DNA of 64,000 nt, from positions 40,424,001-40,488,000 of the forward strand of contig OX597825.1 of the NCBI GenBank assembly GCA_951406725.2, written 5' to 3'. Below the pieces are notes generated by a model. It made no database searches. It worked only from the letters and a program-made list of their open reading frames with translations, and was not told the origin of the DNA. Both the position numbers and the translations under genes were made by a program. Numbering within the stretch: the first letter of the stretch is position 1; every line of letters begins with the position of its first letter. This DNA is from Octopus vulgaris. Its lineage: Eukaryota. Positions 50,212 through 64,000 of the stretch are shown here, piece after piece.

Positions 50212-50570
50212 TGTGCGTAAATTGTAAAACCAAGGGCACTGCATACCAGATTAAGTGCCAGGAGGGAGCTTGCGCGGCTAACCCGGAGTCATACATAGGT
50301 GAGACCTCTAGAAGCATCAATGATAGGTTCAAAGAACACATGGACAACTACATTGAAAGGAAGCCAAACTCCATCTTCTACCAACATGCTGTAGACTGCC
50401 ACAAAGGATCCTTAGGGGAGCTTAAGTTGAACATCCTATCTACACATCCCACCGATGCAATGTTGAGACAGGTCACAGAAGCTGTTTGTATACAAGAATA
50501 CAAACCTACTCTCAACCGAAAGTCCGAATGGAATAACATCCAGATCCCATTCAGAAGGACTATTCTATAA
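50212..50570 (+). pseudogene. GIY-YIG endonuclease domain of a PLE (N-truncated, open frame)
   Basis: AYQIKC..YIGETSRSINDRFKEH..QH..H..RQVTEAVCI..PTLNRKSEW. Confidence 0.9.
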
Positions 50571-51538
50571 CCACCCCTCTCTCTCTCTCCCTTTCACCTG
50601 TAGTCCTTACATACAGGTTGCAATGCGTATATGCAGTTATATACAACGGTATGAGCAGACGTTGTTTGATACGAACAGTTGCACCTAGGCGTTGTATCCA
50701 TTCACGGTTAGACGATGATGAGAGGAACAAACACACACCCACACACATATATATATATGTGTGTGCGTCTATACAAACATATATGTAAATATGTATACAA
50801 CCTTCAGCAAAGTAACAGTCATGTACACAACTTGGACGGACACATGCCAGTACACGGACATACGTTCACATACACATACACATGTACACACTCTCACGGA
50901 CACATCTGCCCATTCTCCTAGACACTCACATACATACGTAGCACATGAATACAAACATACATACATACCTACGTATGGGCATACACACGTACATACGCAC
51001 GTACATGTACACACACACATATATGGGCACATGCATACGAGCGCGTATACATACATACGCACATGCGTACGTATGTACATACATACATACATACATACAT
51101 ACATACATACATACATACGCACATACATACATACATACATACGAACAATAGTAAAACATTAGTTCTGTGATATAGAGATAAAAATCTGATAATAGATTTT
51201 AGGGTATAGTTCTTGTGAGCAAGCGTCATAAATTCACTTTCTAGCCTCGGCCGTAGGGAGTTGAAATTTGATAGCTTTGTGATGAGTGGTCACTCTACAT
51301 CCATCCATCGCTACAGGTTTATAACTTTATGTTTTATAGAGTGTATGTGCGTGCTTATACACACACATACATACATACATACATACATACATACATACAT
51401 ACATACATACATGCATACACAGGCGTATGTGCGTACATGCATACGTACATTCATACACACATGTATGCATACATACACACATACATATGTACATATATAT
51501 GACGAACTAACTGTTACTTTCTTAGATGCAGCACAGAC

Positions 51539-51588
51539 TTTGTCAGTGAACAGGTCGCGGATTTTAGCGACGAAAATATTTTGACAAA
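51539..51588 (+). ncRNA. Variant minimal hammerhead with a G3:C8 core (identical copy on - at 49731-49780)
   Basis: Helix I TTTGTCA/TGACAAA, core GTGAACA, extra G, helix II GTCGC/GCGAC, GAAA, palindromic AAAATATTTT helix III. Confidence 0.65.
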
Positions 51589-51733
51589 TTAAACTTAAAT
51601 GTTGGAGTGAATCGAACGGCTTTTGTGTGTTTCTTAAATGGCTTATAAACACCTTCCACGCTGCAATTGTTTTCGTTTCAGCACACGATCTCAGATCAAA
51701 TTACTTGCTATGCGAGTACATCTCCGTAATATA

Positions 51734-51806
<73 letters not shown>

Positions 51807-51808
<2 letters not shown>

Positions 51809-52930
51809 TGTCCCTAGCCATATTCAGATGGCTTTAGTCCCTTATGTTATCGAGCAGTTACTGTCTATATCCCTTTTAGAGAATTATTATTGCTTTCGAA
51901 CAGATTTTCGAAATCAGCAAATGTATTTTGCTTGAAAATCTATATAAGAAAATCCTGCAGAGTGAGAATTCGTCGAGGAAGCGGAGGCCTACCACACGCC
52001 GATGATAGGCAATACACCTTGAAACCATGGTCCGTGTGTGGTTTCCGCTTCATCGGGGAATTACCTCCCTTTGCAGGTTAAGGGCACCGTGACGGTGTCG
52101 AGCCTTTCTGGTGACGTCGATGTTCGCCTGGGGCTAAATGCAACAGTAACACCCCCACCACCCTGCCCTGTCCCTAGCCATATTCAGATGGCTTTAGTCC
52201 CTTATGTTATCGAGCAGTTACTGTCTATATCCCTTTTAGAGAATTATTATTGCTTTCGAACACATTTTCGAAATCAGCAAATGTATTTTGCTTGAAAATC
52301 TATATAAGAAAATCCTGCAGAGTGAGAATTCGTCGAGGAAGCGGAGGCCTACCACACGCCGATGATAGGCAATACACCTTGAAACCATGGTCCGTGTGTG
52401 GTTTCCGCTTCATAGGGGAATTACCTCCCTTTGCAGGTTAAGGGCACCGTGACGGTGTCGAGCCTTTCTGGTGACGTCGATGTTCGCCTGGGGCTAAATG
52501 CAACAGTAACACCCCCACCACCCTGCCCTGTCCCTAGCCATATTCAGATGGCTTTAGTCCCTTATGTTATCGAGCAGTTACTGTCTATATCCCTTTTAGA
52601 GAATTATTATTGCTTTCGAACAGATTTTCGAAATCAGCAAATGTATTTTGCTTGAAAATCTATATAAGAAAATCCTGCAGAGTGAGAATTCGTCGAGGAA
52701 GCGGAGGCCTACCACACGCCGATGATAGGCAATACACCTTGAAACCATGGTCCGTGTGTGGTTTCCGCTTCATCGGGGAATTACCTCCCTTTGCAGGTTA
52801 AGGGCACCGTGACGGTGTCGAGCCTTTCTGGTGACGTCGATGTTCGCCTGGGGCTAAATGCAACAGTAACACCCCCACCACCCTGCCCTGTCCCTAGCCA
52901 TATTCAGATGGCTTTAGTCCCTTATGTTAT
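51807..52930 (+). mobile_element. Tandem array of a 360-bp hammerhead-containing unit (3 copies plus 44 bp), putative non-LTR retrozyme, inside (TA)n
   Basis: Exact 360-bp period; only two substitutions seen (52263, 52414); (TA)n on both flanks; one HHR per unit. Confidence 0.9.
51978..52051 (+). ncRNA. Type I hammerhead ribozyme, U4C core (copies at 52338-52411 and 52698-52771)
   Basis: Helix I CACACG/CGTGTG extended by GAAGCGGA/TCCGCTTC; CCGATGA; helix II AGG/CCT; GAAA-C-CATG-G-TC; predicted cleavage after 52032. Confidence 0.82.
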
Positions 52931-52989
52931 ATATATATATATATATGAATATAGTTGGATACATATATACATACATACAAGCACACTCA

Positions 52990-54217
52990 TTCGTTCCATT
53001 CTTCCTTGCGTTTTACCTACAAAATCGTAAAATTGGCAGGTCGATGCTCTCTCATCTTATTACCAAGTATTTTCCATGACTTTTCAACGGGATTAAGGTG
53101 AGCGCTCTGAGCTGGTCAACGCATCACAGTAATGTTTTCATTTTGAAACACCTCTTTAATAATTTTGGCATTGTGGCATTGCGCATTACCGTGTATAAAG
53201 ATTAACTGAAGAGTTGGAGGTGACTTCATAACTGGTACAGATATGCTGCAGAAAGATGCTTTTTTATATGGCTGCATTCACATTATCATGGACTTGGATC
53301 AAAGGCCCAACACCTGTTACGAAAATCATTCCACAAACCATTAAACCTCCACCTCCAAACTTCACTGATCTTTTCACCCATTTCGGGAGCAATCTTTCAC
53401 TTTTATGACGTCTCACGTACTGTCTACCATCGGAGTCAACGAAATTGATCTTGCTTTTGTCACTGAAGAACAAACGTAACCAGCTGTCGCCCATCCAAAG
53501 TACGAGCTCATTGGTGAAGAATAACCTCACCTTTCGGTTTTTCATACTGATAAGAGGGGGAGGGAATAGTCATGAAGTCCAACTTACTTCAAACGACAAG
53601 CCACAGTCGTCCGAGACACATTCATTTCATAATCACGATTTACTTAGCAAGAAATTCCTGCATCAGTACTGAAACGATATCTTAACGACAGCCTCCGAAT
53701 CACACTGTCTTGCCCGATACTTGTTCTGGATTGTCTCCCTCGTTTTTCTAATTACACAAACGAGCTTTTTTCTTCTTAAAGCATGAGTATTCTGGAAACA
53801 ACGCTCTTTAATTTGTTAATGTCTCTGGCGATAGCAGAAATTCCCATTCTTTCTCTTTTAAATGTGACCACTCGCTTCCTGGGGTTGTGATCAAATTTAC
53901 GTTGGCTTTCCATGGTTATTAATTCACTTCTTTTCAATATAAATCTTCGCACTGTTCAGTCAACTTAGTTTACATGGGTCGGGGTGTTGCCAGATTTTAC
54001 TTTTTGAATTTTCTCTAATTTTGTCCTTCATGTATTTTTCAAATAAATATTATCTCTTGGAGAAATTATTTAGTTATTAATCACTTCTTACAAAATTTAT
54101 CGTAAGTAATGAACATACACTAAAGTATATACAATAAATATACCATTCGGAAAAATCATGTAGAAATGTAAGCATCTTTAAAATTTTATTTTCACTCCCT
54201 AATTTTGGCCACTGCTG
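52990..54217 (-). mobile_element. Tc1-type (DD34E) transposon, decayed and 3'-truncated
   Basis: FFSDKSK..YVRR..RSVKFGGGGLMVCG..GVGPL, PAQSAHLNPVE; TIR-like cagcagtggccaaaatt at 54217. Confidence 0.82.
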
Positions 54218-56561
54218 TGTGTGCGCGTGGTTGTGTGTGCGTGTGCGCCTGTGTGTGTGCACATGCGCGCGTGGAATAAACTTTCCGTATCTACACACTC
54301 TACAATAAATGTTATACTTTTGTCAAGGTTCCTTTCCTTTTAATCGATGCTTGGCCTATCTTATCGCAGATGGCTGGAATCTAGAGCCAACTGATTTCTT
54401 TTCACCACCACATTTTAGTTGAATTTTAACTGAATTCAATATCTTATAAACAGTGCAAAACGTTAGCCCTGTTTCTTCTCTGCTGTGGTTCTCTGTGAAG
54501 ACAGCACTGAGAAATTCAGTGAGATAATGTAAACTGACACCGTAACTTTGACTATTATTGAAGTAATGATTTGTACTTTAAATGCATAATTTCGTGAAAA
54601 ACAAAGCGCGAATGATTGTTGTGTATGTTTGTGCGTGTGTGTGTGTGTGTGTGCATTTTAATGCGTATGTGAATGTTATAATTAATATATCTAATGAAGT
54701 AATGTAGATATTAGGAGATCAAACACAATGCAGATATTAGGAGGTAAACTATGATTTTGTTGTGAAACTTTGTTGCCTTTAGTACACATAGTATGAGACT
54801 GTATACAATTAACCCAAGTCAATATTTCTCCCTCCTTATAAATAAGTAGAATATTCAAGTTGGATTAAACTTGACTAATAATGTATAAAGTATCGTATAT
54901 TTCATCAATATGTTCAAGCAAAATCTTAGAATTGTAGTCATGAAATTACATATATATATATATATATACGTATGTGCGTGCTGGTCAATAAGAGAGAGAG
55001 ACAGAGAGACAGAGAGACAGAGAAATGGTGAGAGAGAAAATTGTGGTTGCAAATATATCTAAAGCCGTTTCATATGTAAATAGCACTTGAAAACTTTTCA
55101 ATGTTAACAATGTAAAGATTCGTATATTTGCTAATTGTTCGCTTGCTAACGAAAGAATGAGATATACATTTAGTGCCCCCTTTGCACCTCTCAGTCGGAA
55201 TATTATAGATGTAAGGAATAATTTGTTATTTTCAATTCAATGAATTATTCATCATATATATAGAGGTGTTTGTGTCCGCATTTTAATTCTTTGTGAAGAG
55301 AAAGTATAACTTATGGGATGAGCGTGATCTCCGAATCATCTTCTAGTTTGACAGTCAAATGGAATACACTATGTTTTGATATGTATCACTTTCTATAACT
55401 GTAACTTGCCAATTCAATGCAATTTTTAGTGACTTACAGTGAAATAAATGAGTTAAATAATATATGATGTCTTTAACAGCCGAAGTATCTCAATATTGAT
55501 CATAACACCATTAACCCTAAGCAGAAGGGGAACTAAATGTTGGTGACATCAGTGGAATTTATTATAACATAATCGAATGCAAGTCATATTACTAAAGACA
55601 TTTATGACTAATGGATATCTAACAAACTGCAGAACATAACACTTTGTTTTATGAGTGGTTGTTTTATTTCTGAAGTGACAAAAAATGATTGGAAACTTCG
55701 CGTATAATGACATTTTCATGAAGCAAAATAACTGTCAAATCAGCTACTACACCACGATATATTGTAACACGTGGTAAATTCTCACTGTCTCGATACTGTA
55801 TCATGATAATATTTGATCAGTACTCAAAGTGATGAGATTAACACTTTGTTACAGTTCTGTCTGACATATTTCACATTACGTACATCCGCTACAAAGCAGT
55901 GAACGGTACATTATTATTCTTGAGATTGCTCTGTAAATGTTTCTGAAACAATTCTAGAAATTTTGGAACACAAGAGAGACATATTTTCTTCGATTCAATG
56001 AGATAAGTACTTGAAAGTACATCAAGTTATATAAGCACATTTATTCCAACTGTCACCGAAAGTAATTCCTAGTTAGTGCTTGCTGAAACCCAAATGCAAA
56101 TAAGTATAACGTAATGCCATTGATATTAATTAAATTTTTCGCACATCGTATGATTCGGCTTGCAAAATGGCTTCGATTTCATCACAAATATATTCCTTTA
56201 ACTTAATTCTCAAGTGGAGTCAGTGTGAAACTGTGTGTCATGGAAAACTGATGGAATTAGTAGAGCAGTCCCACTGAAGAATTTCGACAAAGATTTTTTC
56301 TACGCGAATTCACTCAAAAGATCATGTCTACTTGTGGCTAAATTAAAAGCATTTGCTCATGACATCACGCTGATTTATGTCTGGATTTGAGCGGTCTTCC
56401 CCGTAACTTAAAGATTCAGAAGGAAATCGATAGAATAAGTACAATGTGTTAAAAAACAAATACTTGAGTGGATATTTTCGTCTAAAATCCTTTAAAGGCG
56501 GTGCATCATAAGGACTGCTGTTATGAGACAAATGAAAAGAATAGAATAATAAAAGAATCTG

Positions 56562-56692
56562 TGAGTGTGCTTGTATGTGTGTATATATGTATCCAACTAT
56601 ATTCATATATATATATATATGTGCGTGTGTTTCTGTGTGTGTGGGAGTGTGTATGTATGTATGTACGTATGTACACACACACATACACACAA

Positions 56693-56753
<61 letters not shown>

Positions 56754-56764
56754 TGTATACAAAA
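56562..56764 (-). repeat. Inverted ~200-bp paralogue of the backbone of 48161-52989 without its insertions
   Basis: Reverse complement matches, in order, 48161-48316, 49560-49600 and 52945-52989. Confidence 0.8.
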
Positions 56765-57145
56765 ACAGTATAAAAGAAGGTGAAAAATAGCTGGATTTAA
56801 TACCAAGTCACAACATTTGTTTCTGAACTGGACATCAGCTTTCAATTTCTGAGTACATATCTATATATATAACCTTTTAAGTTTATTCTTTCGTATTGTT
56901 ATGTAAAAAAAAAAGTACCACTCAGTGACATATGTGTGTTTGTTCCTCCTCAGGTTGAATGTAATCAAGCACTGAGGATTTCTTTGAGTTTCCTTCGTTA
57001 TACCATGTTTATTACTCTCCACCAATTTGTTCATTAGATTCCTGGCATCACATTATTGTAGCGATAAAAAAGCAATAGATCACAATACTATTAACAACAA
57101 AAAGCAACAGAAGGGTGACCGAAATGAAAATAAACCTTTTTACTT

Positions 57146-57800
57146 AAGGCACAGGCCTGAAATTTTGGGGTAGTGGACTAGTCGATTACATCAACTCCAG
57201 TGTTTCACTGGTACATAATTTATCGACCTTGAAAGGAGGAAAGGCATAGTTCGCCTCGGTTGAATTTCAACTCAGAATGCTGTGACGAGCAAAACACCGC
57301 TAAGCAGTTCGCCTAGCGTGCTGACAATTCTGACAGTTCACTGCTTGAATGATAATGATAATAATAAAAACTAACAAATCCAAATGTATTTAAATGACAG
57401 TGATGAAATAAAATAAAATAAAACTAAAGATGTATTTTACCAAATAAATTTATAACGGATTTTATTTCATATCATGCTGTCTCTGTGACTTTATTTCTTT
57501 ATTGACCACAGGGGGCTGATCATAGACAGGACAAACAAGGACAGATAAAAGGATCATGTACATTACATCGACCTCAGTATGAACTCACAACGTAAGTGCA
57601 GACGAAATACCTCTAGGCATTTCGCCCGGCGTGCTGACGATTCAGCCAGCTCATCGCCTTATTGGTAATGATAATAATAAAAAATAATAACAAATCGAAA
57701 TCTATTTAAATGATAGTGATGAAATAAAATACAATAAAACTGAAGATGGTTTTATGAAATAAATTTTCAATGGATTTTCTTTCTTATCATGCTGTGTCTG
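57146..57800 (-). mobile_element. Two diverged SINE copies (22617 family), each followed by a similar A/T-rich flank; old tandem duplication
   Basis: cattacatcgacc..gcccggcgtgctgac and the flanks taatgataataataaaaa..aaatga.agtgatgaaataaaat occur twice. Confidence 0.65.
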
Positions 57801-57977
57801 GGTATATTGCTTTGCTATCAGTTTTCAGCGTTAGGTATCTGTTTTGAATTATATATATTCTCGTTATGGTGTCAGGTCGTCTGGCTTCAAAGGATCTTAA
57901 TGAACCCCTCTAGCCATAAAATACTTGACTGCAGCCTTATCTTCTCTCAAATATATATATATATATATATATATATA

Positions 57978-58710
57978 CTAGCTTAAGGTGACCCGCTCTA
58001 TGCGCGTGTAAGAGTGTGTTTTTTTGCTTTCTGTTGCTTCCTTTCTGTGTTTTATCATCGCATTTTCCGTCTTTGTTTATCCCTCCTTTCTCTCTCACTT
58101 TCTCACTCTCTTACTCTTCCTTTCTCTCGGACTCTCCCTCACTTTCTCTTACTCTATCTTTCGCTATCTCTCTCCCATTTATAAACAAGAAAAGATCTTG
58201 AGTTAGTTGAGAAAGGAAACATTTTGAAAGATCAATCATAAATATCAGGCAGTGACAACGGAAAGGTCTGCTTCGAGGCAGACAGCAAACCACTAGCATT
58301 TAAAAGGGACAGACCAACTTGCGAGCTGAATACAAAAAAAAATATTAGAAATCAAAATTTGAATGGATAGAATCTGAGGATAGTAGAGTCACCATTGCTG
58401 ACATTTCTTAACGACGGACAGCAACGTACTGGCAGTTTAACGGCTGGCATAAAATTTTGAACTTGATGTAAAAGAAGATTCCAAAGCACCTGCTCCTGTA
58501 AATGTTATTCCCCTTCCAGCCCCATTTAGACCCCTTTTCACATTTTGGTTAATATAACTCGGCTTCATTCGGGTCTACTCGGGCCACATTTTATAAGATG
58601 AGGAATTTTGTCCGAGAGGTCACGCCTTTCATTTGCCATGCAAACTCGCCAGCACTGTTAACATAGGTGTGCATATTTTCAGCCCAACCGACCACATAAT
58701 GCACACATTA

Positions 58711-58789
<79 letters not shown>

Positions 58790-59483
58790 TGTATATATAC
58801 GCATTAAATATATATATGTACATATATACGCAGTATATATATATATGTGCGTGTGCGTGTACGCATTATATTATCCAAATATATACAAATTATATATATA
58901 TACATATAAATACAGATATATACACTTTTTATATACACATTATATATACATATTTATATATAGAACACACACTCACACATGTATAAATTAACCCAATAAT
59001 TATCGCCACCACCACTACACAAGCATTAATACAAATATTTGTTCTCATGATTGTGTGGTGGTGGTGGTGTGACGATAATAATTCTCTCTACGAATGCAGA
59101 CAGGCATAGAGAGAGAGAGAATATTGCTGTGAGGGAAAGAGTGAGAACGCAAGCGAAGGCGGCGGGGGAAAGATAGTCGATCTCTCACATGTCGTTATAG
59201 AGAGTACGTGAAGGGAAGGGAGGGACGAGAGAGAGCTGGAGGGAGACAGGCAGATAAGAGAATAAGAGTAACGAAAAAGTCTTGTCAAAGTGTGGGTTTT
59301 TTGCGCAAGTAACCACACCTTTTGATAGAGGGATTTCTAACCTAGCCCACTCATATTCGCACCTCATTTTACATGTCCCTACAATTTTCGGAGTGAATCC
59401 GACGGGACTTAGTGCCCTTTAACCCGTTCCAATGCCAAAACCAGACAAACAAACTTTTCGCATTTCAGATTTATAGATATTGA
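57978..59483 (-). mobile_element. Possible non-autonomous Helitron-type element
   Basis: Minus strand begins A|TC (59483) and ends with an imperfect GC hairpin followed by CTAG|T (57978); no TSD. Confidence 0.4.
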
Positions 59484-59485
59484 TG

Positions 59486-62130
<2,645 letters not shown>

Positions 62131-63152
62131 TTTGAAATATAAAACTATTCCACTCTATATATGTGAATCGCTAATGCGTGTTTACAGGCATGAATAACGA
62201 TCTGCGTAAATAAAAAAAAAAACGTACGGTAAATTCAGTAAATCGGAGTAAATTTAATCTGTCTCAGTTATATTTTTATTCCATGTGGACTTTATATTTC
62301 AATTCATTGCAAAGCTACTCTAAATATACATATTTTGGGGATAGACACGCACACACACATACACACATTTGTGTACATGTACTTATATGCGTATGTATGT
62401 ACTAAATTCTCACATACATGCATACATTTATTCATATAGATACATAATAGTGTGTGTATGTGTGTGTGTAATTTAATATATGTTATTGTGATCACGTAAA
62501 CACTTGGCTGTTTCATATCAGCATATGTTATATTGGTAAAGATTTGAACATGATGTCGGTTTATATGTAGTGGCCAGGTCACTACATAGTTCCTGGTAAG
62601 TTGTAAGTAGTTATTATGGTAAATTTTAAATCACAAAACACCGTGTTTGTAAAGTAGTTACAGCTTGTAAAATTCCGACATGTATTATTATCTACATCTC
62701 TTCATGAATGTTCTACTAATTCAGCATCAGATGACCCATAAAAAGACTAGGGATAATAATAGGATCAATAATGTAAGAAGGGGCTTACATATCTAGGTCA
62801 GCATTGTTTACTATATAACGTGTTGTACAAATTGCTTAACGGATATGTTGATAATTAATTAAAATGTATTTACCAGTGACAGACAACTGCTGAAAGTAAG
62901 AAGCTTGGCTTGGAAATATTACCAATATAGTTGTATGTACTTCGGCATCTCCAATCCAAGCAGGCGTAGTGGGGGGGGGGCATCATAGCTATGTTTTGAC
63001 AGGAAATCTTTGGGTTTTGAATTATTAACACTGGAGATGTTACCGTTTCATTTATCACCCTTAAACGATTCTTTTGAGCGGGAGGGGCTACTTAACCTGA
63101 AAATATTCCTAACTAGCCTCACCTGCACGGTTAGGTGCATTTACTTGATATA

Positions 63153-63728
<576 letters not shown>

Positions 63729-63960
63729 TAGCGGCGAAAGAATTTAACAAGATTAGTAAATATAAAGACTTGCTAATAGAAATTGAAAAAAATGTGGCTT
63801 CTCAAGGCGACTACAGTACCAGTGATTGTAGGATCTCTAGGAATGATAAAAAAAAAAGTACTGAAACCTATTTGAAAATGATACAGGCTTACCATCCCTA
63901 CAGGAAGTGCAAAAGATCGTGTTAACTGGAACGGCTCAAGTACTGATAAGAGCATTATCG
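63729..63960 (+). pseudogene. C-terminal restriction-like endonuclease fragment of an R4/NeSL-type LINE
   Basis: KEFNKISKYKDLLIEIEK, then after a frameshift W..KATTVPVIVGSLGMIKK. Confidence 0.75.
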
Positions 63961-64000
63961 CTGTGAAAACAACATCCATTCATGAATTTATTTAATCATT

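Larger units (their letters stand above)
49650..51730 (+). mobile_element. 5'-truncated Penelope-like element (GIY-YIG end plus pseudo-LTR) preceded by an inverted partial pLTR
   Basis: 49650-~50210 is a near-perfect reverse complement of ~51128-51669; GIY-YIG ORF between the arms; (TA)n on both flanks. Confidence 0.88.

Noticed and set aside
52015-52060. Antisense hammerhead in the 360-bp unit (CCGAUGA-agcg-GAAA-cca..ugg-U)
   Set aside because: No helix II or helix I pairing; best explained as the mirror of the sense hairpin
51890-53030. 63-90-aa ORFs in the 360-bp units, or endless translation of a 360-nt circle
   Set aside because: No domain similarity, and the listed frames end in stops within each unit

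Overview
AT-rich eukaryotic non-coding DNA full of microsatellites. The SINE and repeat content looks like a coleoid cephalopod (Octopus-like; my inference). I could not support any intact host gene. The window is a transposon graveyard: three Tc1/mariner elements, a near full-length decayed Ty3/gypsy-like LTR element plus a second gypsy pol remnant, RTE, CR1 and R4/NeSL-like LINE fragments, tRNA-derived SINEs, a probable Helitron-type element and at least three Penelope-like element (PLE) remnants. The main result is a dense hammerhead-ribozyme (HHR) system. Two near-identical tandem arrays sit inside (TA)n tracts: a 485-bp unit (~14.6 copies, 24944-32020, folded into a 7-kb head-to-head palindrome) and a 360-bp unit (3.1 copies, 51807-52930). 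Each unit carries a hand-foldable type I hammerhead, so both look like non-LTR retrozyme (circRNA-derived) insertions. The 485-nt family has an unusually long helix II and a competing strand for helix I. About ten more intact or decayed HHR motifs occur in PLE pseudo-LTR-like sequences, including a G3:C8 core-swap variant. Several of these insertions share one geometry: ribozyme-sense 3' ends point outward into (TA)n. An inverted empty-site paralogue at 56562-56764 shows the pre-insertion state of one cluster. All RNA structures were folded by eye and none is experimentally tested.
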